A DNA stretch of 64,000 bases, from the NCBI GenBank assembly GCA_024642545.1, contig JAHEAW010000001.1:18117-82116 (forward strand), given 5' to 3'. The stretch is from Erythrobacteraceae bacterium (GTDB lineage Bacteria; Pseudomonadota; Alphaproteobacteria; Sphingomonadales; Sphingomonadaceae). The position numbers and the translations under genes were made by a program. The notes beneath the pieces are model-generated. The model made no database searches. It was not told where the DNA came from and worked only from the letters and a program-made list of their open reading frames with translations. Below are positions 38,915-47,733 of the stretch, piece after piece. Each line of letters starts with the position of its first letter. The stretch's first letter is position 1.

Positions 38915-39639
38915 AGGCCGAGCACCTGCTCCATTGTATAGCGTCCGGCGGGTTTACCCACCAGCCAGGCTGCTGCCTGTACCGCGCCGCGCGCAAAGAT
39001 CATCCGGTTTTCGGCATTATGGGAGAGCGTGATGCGTTCTTCATCACCGGCAAAGATCACGCTGTGATCGCCCGCCACGGTGCCGCCGCGCAGCGCGGCA
39101 AAGCCGACTGCGCCCCTGGCCCGGGGACCGGTGTTTCCGCTGCGCCCGCTTTCGCGATGGCTGGCAAGATCAATCCCGCGCGCATCTGCTGCCGCCTGGC
39201 CCAGCAGCAGCGCGGTGCCCGATGGTGCATCGACTTTCATCCGGTGGTGCATTTCGACAATTTCGATGTCCCACGCATCGCCGAGCCGCGATGCCGCTTC
39301 GCGGACCAGATGCGCCAGCAAGGTCACCCCGAGCGAGGTGTTGCCCGTCTGCAGGACTGCCATTGTCTGGCCCGCTATATCGATTGCGACATGGTGCGCT
39401 GCCTCTAGCCCGGTGGTGCCGATTACCAGGGCAGTGCCCGCACTGGTTGCGGCATCAAGATTGCTTTGCAATGCAGCGGGGGCGGAAAAATCGACCAACA
39501 CATCGCTCGCCTGTGCCAGCGCGGTGACATCACCGCCCTTGTCCGCGCCACCGGAATACTCTTGCCCGGCATCGGCGATGGCCTGCACCAGGGCCCGGCC
39601 CATTCTGCCTTCGCTGCCGATAATACCAATACGTACCAT
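38911..39639 (-). CDS. dapB: 4-hydroxy-tetrahydrodipicolinate reductase
   Basis: N-terminal GSEGRMG NAD(P)-binding motif and EMHHRMKVDAPSGTA motif. The stop overlaps the nth start. Confidence 0.9.
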   Translation of the reverse strand: MVRIGIIGSEGRMGRALVQAIADAGQEYSGGADKGGDVTALAQASDVLVDFSAPAALQSNLDAATSAGTALVIGTTGLEAAHHVAIDIAGQTMAVLQTGNTSLGVTLLAHLVREAASRLGDAWDIEIVEMHHRMKVDAPSGTALLLGQAAADARGIDLASHRESGRSGNTGPRARGAVGFAALRGGTVAGDHSVIFAGDEERITLSHNAENRMIFARGAVQAAAWLVGKPAGRYTMEQVLGL

Positions 39640-39665
39640 TGCACTCCCCTAGGCCAGCGTGCTTC

Positions 39666-40373
39666 ATGGGCGACATGCAGGATATTCGCAACATCGTGAT
39701 CCTTACCGGGGCGGGCATAAGCGCTGAAAGTGGAATTGACACGTTCCGCTCTGATGGCGGATTATGGGAACAACACCGGGTGGAAGACGTCGCCACGCCC
39801 GAAGCTTTTGCCCGCAACCCTGATCTGGTGCTGCGGTTTTATGATATGCGGCGTGCGGCAGTTCAGACCAAGCTGCCCAATGCCGCGCATGACGCGCTGG
39901 CGCGGCTCGATGAAAAGTGGACAGGCGGGCTGTTGATCGTGACGCAGAATGTCGATGATCTGCACGAACGCGCCGGGGCTGCGCGCGTGCTGCATATGCA
40001 CGGCTCGCACTTCAATGCCTGGTGTACTTATTGTGATCGGCGCAGCCCGTGGCGGGGGCCGCTGATTGATCGTCCGCCCTGTCCAGCGTGCAACGCGCGG
40101 GCGCTGCGCCCCGATGTCGTATGGTTCGGGGAAATGCCTTACCGGATGGACGAGATATACGGCGCCTTGCGGCAGGCCGATATGTTCGTGTCGATCGGCA
40201 CCTCCGGCGCGGTCTATCCGGCCGCCGGACTGGTGCAAGGCGCGCGTGACCTGGGCGCGCGAACGCTGGAACTCAATCTGGAGCGGAGCCAGGGTTCGGA
40301 CTGGTTTCACGAAACTCGCCTTGGCCCGGCGACCATGATGGTGCCTGAATGGGTGGAGGAGATGGTCGGATGA
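39666..40373 (+). CDS. cobB: NAD-dependent protein deacylase (Sir2 family)
   Basis: GAGISAESGI, QNVDDLHERAG and zinc Cys pairs (CTYC...CPAC). Start set to the first ATG (MGDMQDIRNIV); the listed ORF begins at a TTG that touches the dapB start. Confidence 0.88.
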   Translation: MGDMQDIRNIVILTGAGISAESGIDTFRSDGGLWEQHRVEDVATPEAFARNPDLVLRFYDMRRAAVQTKLPNAAHDALARLDEKWTGGLLIVTQNVDDLHERAGAARVLHMHGSHFNAWCTYCDRRSPWRGPLIDRPPCPACNARALRPDVVWFGEMPYRMDEIYGALRQADMFVSIGTSGAVYPAAGLVQGARDLGARTLELNLERSQGSDWFHETRLGPATMMVPEWVEEMVG

Positions 40374-40711
40374 TTGCCCATTATGGCAGCTGCCACTGCG
40401 GCGCAATTACGCTTGAGCTGCGCGATGAGCCGGTTGATGCGGGCGAATGCAATTGCAGCCTGTGCCGCCGGAACGGTGCGCTGTGGCACTATAGCGCGCC
40501 CAAGCAGGTCACTGTGACGGGCGATGCGGTAAGCTATGTGCAAGGCGACCGGATGCTCACCACCTGGCATTGCGGCATCTGCGGCGATGTCACTCACTGG
40601 ACGTCGCTGGGTGATCCCACTTACGACCGGATGGGGGTCAATCTGCGGATGTTTGCGCCCGAGCTATGGACTGGTTTGCCGCGCCGCCTGATCGACGGGG
40701 CGAGCTTTTAG
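40370..40711 (+). CDS. GFA (glutathione-dependent formaldehyde-activating-like) family protein
   Basis: GSCHCGAI...CNCSLCRR...WHCGICG cysteine pattern. ATGA overlap with the cobB stop. Confidence 0.7.
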   Translation: MIAHYGSCHCGAITLELRDEPVDAGECNCSLCRRNGALWHYSAPKQVTVTGDAVSYVQGDRMLTTWHCGICGDVTHWTSLGDPTYDRMGVNLRMFAPELWTGLPRRLIDGASF

Positions 40712-41478
40712 GCCGCTGAGCAGCCCTTGCAAGCCGGGTCCTTGGCAATGGTGAAGCTGCGCATCGCAGCGCCCAGCCCGTCGAGCAGATGCAGCCGCCC
40801 GAATTGCGGTTCGCCCAGTGCCGCTTTGCCATCGAGTAATATCCGGACCGCTTGCAGCGCGGCAAAGCCGCCCACCCACCCAGCCATTGCACCCAGCATC
40901 CCATCTTCGGCGCAGCTATCACAATCAACCGCATCGAACGCATCGCCGACATAGCAGCGATAGCATGGCTGATCCGGCAAATGCCCGGCAAATGCTCCGA
41001 CCTGCCCTTGAAACCGCCCGACTGCTGCGCTGAGCAGCGGCACCGCGGTAGCTACGCAGGCATCCGAAACAGCCAGCCGGGTCGCGAAATTATCGGTCCC
41101 GTCCAGAACCAGATCAGTCCCTGCCGTCAGCGCAACAGCATTTTCGCGATTAATTCGTTCCTGTGACACCTGGATTTCAAGCGCAGCGTCAAATTCGCTC
41201 AGCCACCGTTTTGCCAATTCGGCCTTGGGCTGGCCGACATCCCGGCTGCGGTAGATTGTCTGACGCTGCAGATTACTGAGATCAACCTGATCGTCATCAA
41301 CCACAATCAGCCGTCCGATTCCGGCCGCTGCCAGATATTGCAGTGCGGGCGAGCCAATGCCGCCGAGCCCGATCACCACAACTTGCGCTTTGGCCAGCGC
41401 CACTTGCCCCGCGCCGCCGATTTCGGGCAGCACGATATGGCGGGCAAATCGGTCGAGACGGTCAGGGGTGAGGGCCAT
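40708..41478 (-). CDS. HesA/MoeB/ThiF family adenylyltransferase
   Basis: RHIVLPEIGGAGQ...VIGLGGIGSPALQYLAAAGIG nucleotide-binding motif and CxxC (CYRC). The stop codon overlaps the convergent GFA stop. Confidence 0.85.
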   Translation of the reverse strand: MALTPDRLDRFARHIVLPEIGGAGQVALAKAQVVVIGLGGIGSPALQYLAAAGIGRLIVVDDDQVDLSNLQRQTIYRSRDVGQPKAELAKRWLSEFDAALEIQVSQERINRENAVALTAGTDLVLDGTDNFATRLAVSDACVATAVPLLSAAVGRFQGQVGAFAGHLPDQPCYRCYVGDAFDAVDCDSCAEDGMLGAMAGWVGGFAALQAVRILLDGKAALGEPQFGRLHLLDGLGAAMRSFTIAKDPACKGCSAA

Positions 41479-41586
41479 GCCAGCGCCTTACAATCCTGAC
41501 CGCTGCCCTGTCGATAAATCTGTGCATTGGCTGTGCACCAACGGCGGATTGATAGCGGACGGGCAGTGGGTAAGTTTTAGTGCCGA

Positions 41587-43077
41587 TCAACTTTCCAGCT
41601 GGCGCAGCAGGCTGCGCACATCACCATCCATATCGGCATCGCGGGTGCGCAAATCCTCGATCAGGCGGACCGCGTGGATCACGGTGGAATGGTCGCGCCC
41701 GCCAAATTTGCGGCCGATTTCGGGATAGCTGCGCGGGGTTAGCACCTTGGAGAGATACATCGCCACTTGCCGCGGACGGACCACCGCGCGGGCGCGGCGC
41801 TTGCTGCTCATCTCGCTCCGGTCGATGCGATAGAACTGGCACACAGTGCGCTGAATCTCGTCAATCGTGATCCGGCGGCGATTGGCCGACAGGATGTCGG
41901 TCAGCTGTTCTTCCGCTAGCTGCAGCGACACGGTCTGCCCGGTCAGCTGGGCATAAGCGATCAGCTTGTTGAGGCCGCCCACCAGCTCGCGCACGTTGCG
42001 GGTAATTGTCCGGGCAAGAAATTCGATCACATCACCGGGCACTTCGAGCGGCGCAAACCGGGTGAGCTTCGATTCGAGAATCTTGCGCCGCAGCTCGATA
42101 TCCGCTGGCGCAATGTCCGCCACCAGCCCCATCGACAAGCGGCTGAGCAAGCGCGGTTCCACCCCGTCGAGCGCTTGCGGTGCGCGGTCGGCGGCAAACA
42201 CCAGTCGCTTGCCTTCAGCCAACAGTGCATCGATCGTGTACAGCAGTTCTTCCTGCGCCGATGCCTTGCCGATGATGAACTGGATATCGTCCACCAGCAG
42301 CAGATCAAAGCTGCGCAGCCGTGCCTTGAATTCCATCATCTGATTCTGCTTCAGCGACTGGACGAATTCGACCATGAAGCGCTCTGCGCTGCAGTAAAAG
42401 ATGCGCGCCCGCGGATGGCTGGAGAGATAGGCGTGGCCAATCGCATGCAGCAGATGCGTCTTGCCCTGGCCAGTCGCAGCCTTGAGGTAGAGCGGGCTAA
42501 ATTGCGGCGTTTCCGTGGCCGCCATACGCTGAGCGGCATTGCAGCCAAGAATATTGGTCTCACCGGTAACAAAAGCGGCAAAGGTCAGCGATGGGTCGAG
42601 CCCGACCGAAGTGGTAAAGCCCTGATCGCCGATGGTCCCGGCGGCGATTTCGATCATGGAAGTGTCGCTGCCATCATTCGCCGGGTGGCGGCCATTGCCA
42701 TAAAGTCCGCCGCCATGTCCGCCGAGCGACATTTCGGGCAGCTTGCGGCGGCCAGGGTGCACGGCAATGCGGACATGGCGTACTTCGCTGCGGGCAATCT
42801 TCCACGCCAGCGAGAGCCGGTCGGCGAAACGGTCCTGCACCCAATTGGCGGAAAAATCGGTCGGCAGAAAAAGATCGAGCGTGCCGGTATCCTTGCAGAA
42901 ACCGCCCAGCTGAATGGGCTTGATCCACTGGCTGTGCAACTGATGGCCCAGATCCTTGCGCAGGCCCTGGCTGATATCCGACCAATCGGCTGCCAGGTTT
43001 ACCGCTTCCAGATCTTCCATTTTGTTTTCGTTGCCCTTGTTCTTCGCTGCGCCCGCGCCGTTGTCCTTGCTCACCAT
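41587..43077 (-). CDS. dnaA: chromosomal replication initiator protein DnaA
   Basis: Walker A GQGKTHLLHAIG, box VII and the C-terminal DNA-binding motif GRDHSTVIHA. Start placed at the ATG of MVSKDNG; a GTG at 43095 is also in frame. Confidence 0.95.
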   Translation of the reverse strand: MVSKDNGAGAAKNKGNENKMEDLEAVNLAADWSDISQGLRKDLGHQLHSQWIKPIQLGGFCKDTGTLDLFLPTDFSANWVQDRFADRLSLAWKIARSEVRHVRIAVHPGRRKLPEMSLGGHGGGLYGNGRHPANDGSDTSMIEIAAGTIGDQGFTTSVGLDPSLTFAAFVTGETNILGCNAAQRMAATETPQFSPLYLKAATGQGKTHLLHAIGHAYLSSHPRARIFYCSAERFMVEFVQSLKQNQMMEFKARLRSFDLLLVDDIQFIIGKASAQEELLYTIDALLAEGKRLVFAADRAPQALDGVEPRLLSRLSMGLVADIAPADIELRRKILESKLTRFAPLEVPGDVIEFLARTITRNVRELVGGLNKLIAYAQLTGQTVSLQLAEEQLTDILSANRRRITIDEIQRTVCQFYRIDRSEMSSKRRARAVVRPRQVAMYLSKVLTPRSYPEIGRKFGGRDHSTVIHAVRLIEDLRTRDADMDGDVRSLLRQLES

Positions 43078-43517
43078 TGACTTTCCAGATCCCACACTGC
43101 CGACTTAACGTCGGGTCCAATTCCCCACAGGCTCGAAAGGCATGGCTGCGCCATTCACCGGAATCATCGTTCCGATGCTGCCCCCTTGCGACCAGTAATG
43201 TAAAAGCCCAAGCTGTCCCGACCCGGGCTGTGCGATTTGTTATGAACCGGTTTGCAGATGGCGCAAGAGCAATAACCGTAAAAAAACTGAAATAAAGCTG
43301 TTGACTCGCTGAAAGCCGCAGACTTGCGTTTAAGAGACTGTTTACCCTCACTTTTCACCATGAAGGCCGTGCGAATCGTGGAGCTTCCTATAGTTAGCCT
43401 ATTGCTGGACTAGTCTTTGGCTTGTCATTGCATTGCAACAAAACGGGCCAGCGCTATTCACGCCGACCCGGAGATGTATTTTTGGTCAGAATTCCGCCTG
43501 CCGACGAGCCTGAATGT

Positions 43518-43537
43518 CTGCGAATCGCGATTCGCAG
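43518..43537. repeat. 20-bp perfect palindrome CTGCGAATCGCGATTCGCAG
   Basis: Read directly from the sequence. Lies 10 nt beyond the rpsT stop codon and contains GAATC and GATTC. A third GAATC follows at 43539-43543. Confidence 0.9.
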
Positions 43538-43546
43538 CGAATCGAA

Positions 43547-43807
43547 TTACAGCGCGGCAACCCGCTTCGACAGACGCGACATTTTGCGCGAGGCCGTGTT
43601 CTTGTGCATCACACCGCGTGCGACACCGCGGGCCAGTTCCGGCTGCGCAGCCTTGAGCGCTTCAGCCGCACCAGATTTGTCCCCGCCTTCAATGGCCGCT
43701 TCAACCTTCTTCACAAAGCCGCGAATGCGGCTCATGCGCGCACCATTGATGAGGGCGCGGCGATCGTTGCGGCGGATACGTTTGCGGGCTTGCGGCGAAT
43801 TGGCCAT
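43547..43807 (-). CDS. rpsT: 30S ribosomal protein S20
   Basis: [29 protein letters not shown] is the canonical S20 N-terminus. 86 aa. Confidence 0.95.
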   Translation of the reverse strand: MANSPQARKRIRRNDRRALINGARMSRIRGFVKKVEAAIEGGDKSGAAEALKAAQPELARGVARGVMHKNTASRKMSRLSKRVAAL

Positions 43808-43959
43808 GTTTGTCCTTTATCTGGCCGCCACCAAAGCGGCCGGAATTATCTGAATTTGCAAATACGAAAAGCGGCAGATGTCTGCCGGAAAGGGCGCCCC
43901 TTAGCCAGAGGCAGGCGAATCGTCAATATTTGTTTGCGCGTAAATCCGCCCTTCTGCGC

Positions 43960-44775
43960 TTACTTCTGGCACTTCGGGCAGAACCAGCTGCTGCGCCCGC
44001 CCTGCATTATTCGCTGGACCGTGCCGCCATCGCCGCGCTTGCAGGCCTCATCTGTGCGGCCATAGACATCAAAGCGAGTAGCAAAATAGCCCAGCTCGCC
44101 GTCCGGCCGGGCATAATCGCGCAAGGACGATCCGCCATCTGCGATCGACTGCGTGAGCACTTCGCGGATGGCAGGCACCAGCCGCTCCAGTGCGGACAGG
44201 GCAACCTTGCCGCCCTGACGGGTGGGGCGAATGCCGGCTCTGAACAAGGCTTCGCAGACGTAGATATTGCCAAGCCCCGCGACGATCCGCTGGTCGAGCA
44301 GCAGCAACTTTATTGCCTGTTTCCGGTCCTTCAGCGCCGCTTGCAGATGCCCCGCAGTCAGGTCAGGGCCAAGTGGTTCTGGCCCCAGTGCAGCAAAAGC
44401 AGGCCATGCCGCGATCGCTGGCGTATCGACCAGATCAACCCAGCCGAACCGGCGCGGATCGCACAGGGCAAAGCGATGATCAGCCGTCTCGATCACGAAA
44501 TGATCGTGCTTGTCGGCTTGTTCAGGGTCAATCCTCCAGCGCCCGCTCATTCCCAGGTGGAAAATCAGGCTGCGCGCGCGGTCAGTGTGGATCAGCCCGT
44601 ATTTGGCACGGCGGCCCAGACTGGTCACAGTGGCCCCGGTCAGCGCCTGCACCAGATCGGGGGGAAACGCGCGGCGCATATCGGGCCGATTGACCGCCGC
44701 TCGCACGATTCGTTGCCCATCGAGGAACCGGGCAAGGCCGCGGACGGTTGTTTCTACTTCGGGAAGTTCTGGCAT
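43960..44775 (-). CDS. mutM: formamidopyrimidine-DNA glycosylase
   Basis: MPELPEVET N-terminus and a C-terminal zinc finger (C...C...CPKCQ). Confidence 0.93.
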   Translation of the reverse strand: MPELPEVETTVRGLARFLDGQRIVRAAVNRPDMRRAFPPDLVQALTGATVTSLGRRAKYGLIHTDRARSLIFHLGMSGRWRIDPEQADKHDHFVIETADHRFALCDPRRFGWVDLVDTPAIAAWPAFAALGPEPLGPDLTAGHLQAALKDRKQAIKLLLLDQRIVAGLGNIYVCEALFRAGIRPTRQGGKVALSALERLVPAIREVLTQSIADGGSSLRDYARPDGELGYFATRFDVYGRTDEACKRGDGGTVQRIMQGGRSSWFCPKCQK

Positions 44776-44829
44776 GGGCTTTCCCTAACACCCTTTGCGG
44801 CAGGGGCAATTGCCCCTAAGGGAGCGCGC

Positions 44830-45561
44830 ATGAACGAAACAGTTTCTTTCGGCTATCAGGATGTCGATGCCAGTGAGAAAACCGCGCTGGTGGGCGAGGT
44901 TTTCTCCAGCGTAGCGGCCAAATATGACATCATGAACGATGCCATGTCGGGCGGCATGCATCGTTTGTGGAAGGACCGTTTTGTGCGCCGGGTCAAGCCG
45001 CAGGCAGGCGAGGCCATCCTCGATATGGCAGGCGGCACGGGCGATATTGCATTCCGTATGGCCGAACGCGGCGCGAGCGTGACTGTATCTGATATCAATC
45101 AGGACATGCTCGATGTGGGTATCGAACGCGCGTTGGATCGCGGGATCGACAGCCTGGTGTGGTCGCGGCAGAATGCCGAGGAGCTGACTTTCTCCAGCCG
45201 CAGTTTTGATGCCTATACGATTGCCTTCGGGATCCGCAATGTCACCCAGATTGACCGCGCTCTGGTCGAAGCGCACCGGGTTCTCAGCTATGGCGGGCGG
45301 TTCTATTGCCTCGAATTCTCAACCACCGAATGGCCCGGCTTCAAACAGGCCTATGATTCTTATTCGCACCGGCTGATGCCCAAGATCGGCAAGGCCATTG
45401 CAGGCGATGAAGACAGCTATCGCTATCTCGCCGAATCAATCCGGCGCTTTCCCAAAATGCCCGAATTTGAAGCCATGATCCGGGCCGCCGGTTTTGCGCG
45501 GACCAGAGTGGAGCCGATTCTGGGCGGCGCGGTTGCAATCCATTCGGGCTGGAAAATCTGA
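44830..45561 (+). CDS. ubiE: demethylmenaquinone/ubiquinone methyltransferase UbiE
   Basis: VSFGYQDV...VFSSVAAKYDIMND and SAM motif LDMAGGTGD. The listed 583-aa ORF is trimmed to the ATG after GGGAG; its upstream part is antisense to mutM. Confidence 0.92.
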   Translation: MNETVSFGYQDVDASEKTALVGEVFSSVAAKYDIMNDAMSGGMHRLWKDRFVRRVKPQAGEAILDMAGGTGDIAFRMAERGASVTVSDINQDMLDVGIERALDRGIDSLVWSRQNAEELTFSSRSFDAYTIAFGIRNVTQIDRALVEAHRVLSYGGRFYCLEFSTTEWPGFKQAYDSYSHRLMPKIGKAIAGDEDSYRYLAESIRRFPKMPEFEAMIRAAGFARTRVEPILGGAVAIHSGWKI

Positions 45562-45565
45562 CCCT

Positions 45566-47134
45566 GTGACGCGACCTTCCACGCATATCTGGCGGCTGGG
45601 CAAATGGGTGCGCACGCTTGCTCGGCATGGTGCGCTGCGCGGGATTGCGCGCGATCCCAATACACCGCCGCAAGTGGCGCGGCTGATCTGGTTTTTCAGC
45701 ATTGCGACGCGCAAATCGGCTGATCCTGATTATGCTGGTGCATTTCAGGAAATCGGCCCGGCAGCGATCAAGCTGGGTCAGACGCTGGCAACCCGGCCAG
45801 ACATTGTTGGCAGCGATGCGGCCAATAATCTGCTGCAATTGCAGGACAGTCTGCCGCCGGTGCCCTTTGAACAGATCCGGCAAGTGATTGAAAGCAGCTT
45901 TGGCAGGCCGATAGATGCGCTGTTTGCCAGTATCGAGCAGGAGCCGGTCGGCGCGGCGTCAATTGCGCAGGTCCACCGCGCGGTCACCACCGATGGCGCA
46001 GATGTTGCGATCAAGGTGCTGCGCCCGGGCATCCGCGAGAAATTTGCGCGCGATATTGCGACCTATGAATGGGCTGCAGCGCACCTGGAGGCTTTGGGCG
46101 GCGAGGCGCAGCGACTGCGTCCGCGCCTGACAATCGCCAATTTCCGGCGCTGGACCAACCGCGAGCTTGATCTGCGGCGCGAAGCGGCTTCTGCCAGCGA
46201 ACTGGCTGACACGGTCAAGGGCGTTTCTGGCTATGAAATCCCGACAATTGACTGGGACCGGACCAATGGCCGAGTGATGACCATCGCATGGGTCGATGGG
46301 GTCAAGATAAGCAAGCGGGACGACCTGATTGCCGCCGGGCATGATTTACCCGAACTGGCCAAGCGCCTCGTGCTGGCCTTTCTGACCCAAGCGATCAGCG
46401 GCGGCTTCTTTCATGCCGATATGCACCAGGGCAATCTTTTCGTGCGCGCGGATGGCACGATCGTGGCGATTGATTTTGGGATCATGGGCCGGATTGATCG
46501 GCGCGCGCGGGCGTGGCTGGCAGAGATTCTCTACGGGCTGACCACAGGTAATTACCGGCGCGTCGCGGAAATTCATTTCGAAGCGCAATATGTACCCAGC
46601 TTTCACTCGGTCGATGAATTTGCGACTGCGCTGCGCGCCGTGGGGGAGCCGATGCGCGGCAAGCCAGTGAGCGAACTGAGCGTTGGCCAGATGCTCGACG
46701 GGCTGTTTGCCATCACGCGCGATTTTGACATGCAGACCCAGCCGCACCTGCTGCTGCTGCAAAAGACCATGGTGATGGTGGAAGGGATTGCGACCCAGCT
46801 CGATCCCGACATCAATATGTGGGACGTGTCAGCGCCCTTCGTGCGCAACTGGATTCGCGATGAACTGGGCCCCGAAGCCGCGCTTGCCGACCGGATTCGT
46901 GAAGATACCGACACGCTGCTGCGGGTGCCGGCCCTGATCCGCCGGCTGGAAGAACAATTCCCCCCGCGCGGCGGTGCGCCCGAGGCCCCGCCTGTCCCCG
47001 ACATTGAACTGATATGGGACAAGCGCGCAGGGCGCGCACGCGGATGGCTGGGTTATGTCATCGCCGCGCTCGCCGGTGCTGGCGCCGGTGCTGGCGCAGT
47101 TGCTGGCGCAGCGATGATGGGCTGGATCGGATAG
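45566..47134 (+). CDS. ubiB: ubiquinone biosynthesis regulatory kinase-like protein UbiB (ABC1 family)
   Basis: GPAAIKLGQTLATRPD, AAASIAQVHRA, VAIKVLRPG and FHADMHQGNLF motifs. GTG start 5 nt after the ubiE stop. Confidence 0.9.
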   Translation: MTRPSTHIWRLGKWVRTLARHGALRGIARDPNTPPQVARLIWFFSIATRKSADPDYAGAFQEIGPAAIKLGQTLATRPDIVGSDAANNLLQLQDSLPPVPFEQIRQVIESSFGRPIDALFASIEQEPVGAASIAQVHRAVTTDGADVAIKVLRPGIREKFARDIATYEWAAAHLEALGGEAQRLRPRLTIANFRRWTNRELDLRREAASASELADTVKGVSGYEIPTIDWDRTNGRVMTIAWVDGVKISKRDDLIAAGHDLPELAKRLVLAFLTQAISGGFFHADMHQGNLFVRADGTIVAIDFGIMGRIDRRARAWLAEILYGLTTGNYRRVAEIHFEAQYVPSFHSVDEFATALRAVGEPMRGKPVSELSVGQMLDGLFAITRDFDMQTQPHLLLLQKTMVMVEGIATQLDPDINMWDVSAPFVRNWIRDELGPEAALADRIREDTDTLLRVPALIRRLEEQFPPRGGAPEAPPVPDIELIWDKRAGRARGWLGYVIAALAGAGAGAGAVAGAAMMGWIG

Positions 47135-47150
47135 GGTCCAACCGGCCCGG

Positions 47151-47546
47151 TCAATCCTCGCCGGTGAATACGTGGTGCGGCAGGGTCTGGCTTCCGATCA
47201 CGCACAGCACCACTGTGACTGCTTCGACCAGCATCGGCTGCCAGAAATTGGTGTAAGTCCCCATGGCAATCAAATTGACCGTGCGCCCGATGATCGCCAG
47301 CCCAAACAGAGCAGCTGATACCAGCAGCGGATCGCCTTTGCGTTTCCACGCCCCCCAGATCATGCAGCTGCCGCCAACCACGAAAAAGGATGTGAAATCC
47401 GCCCGCAGGCTGGCATGACCCATGATCCCGTTTGGCACGATCCCGAAATCACCCCCGGCGGTGGCCGGATTGATCATGAAGCCTGTACCCAGAAACAAAT
47501 ACAAGAGGCCGCCAGCAAACAGTAGCGAAGTAAGGATCAGTCGCAT
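47151..47546 (-). CDS. small integral membrane protein (four predicted TM helices)
   Basis: 131 aa and strongly hydrophobic. No family recognised with confidence. Confidence 0.5.
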   Translation of the reverse strand: MRLILTSLLFAGGLLYLFLGTGFMINPATAGGDFGIVPNGIMGHASLRADFTSFFVVGGSCMIWGAWKRKGDPLLVSAALFGLAIIGRTVNLIAMGTYTNFWQPMLVEAVTVVLCVIGSQTLPHHVFTGED

Positions 47547-47733
47547 CGATTTCTCTCCCTTGCAACAAGGCTCTACACTGCAAGAATGTCATGTCGCTAG
47601 GTAAAATTTAACCACTACAATGCAGGGCTGGTATGGGGTCCTGCGCAGCGCTAGACAGGTGCGCGTGAAAACAGGGGAGACCTGACATGATGCCGCTCGT
47701 CCGCAAAGCTGCGGCAGAAGCGAGAATCTGCTG

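Noticed and set aside
43078-43546. Calling the dnaA-rpsT spacer the chromosomal origin (oriC).
   Set aside because: I could not find a single 9/9 or 8/9 match to TTATCCACA on either strand by eye. Alphaproteobacterial origins are often not adjacent to dnaA. It is kept only as a regulatory-region observation.
43810-44829. The 5' two-thirds of the 583-aa ORF 43810-45561, which would make a giant UbiE fusion protein.
   Set aside because: This part is antisense to mutM and has no homology-like features. The UbiE sequence begins at the ATG at 44830, preceded by GGGAG.
47072-47107. 12-bp tandem repeat GCCGGTGCTGGC x3 at the 3' end of ubiB.
   Set aside because: It encodes the Ala/Gly-rich C-terminal membrane segment (AGAGAGAGAVAGA). 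This is a trivial low-complexity coding repeat with no indication of a function beyond that.
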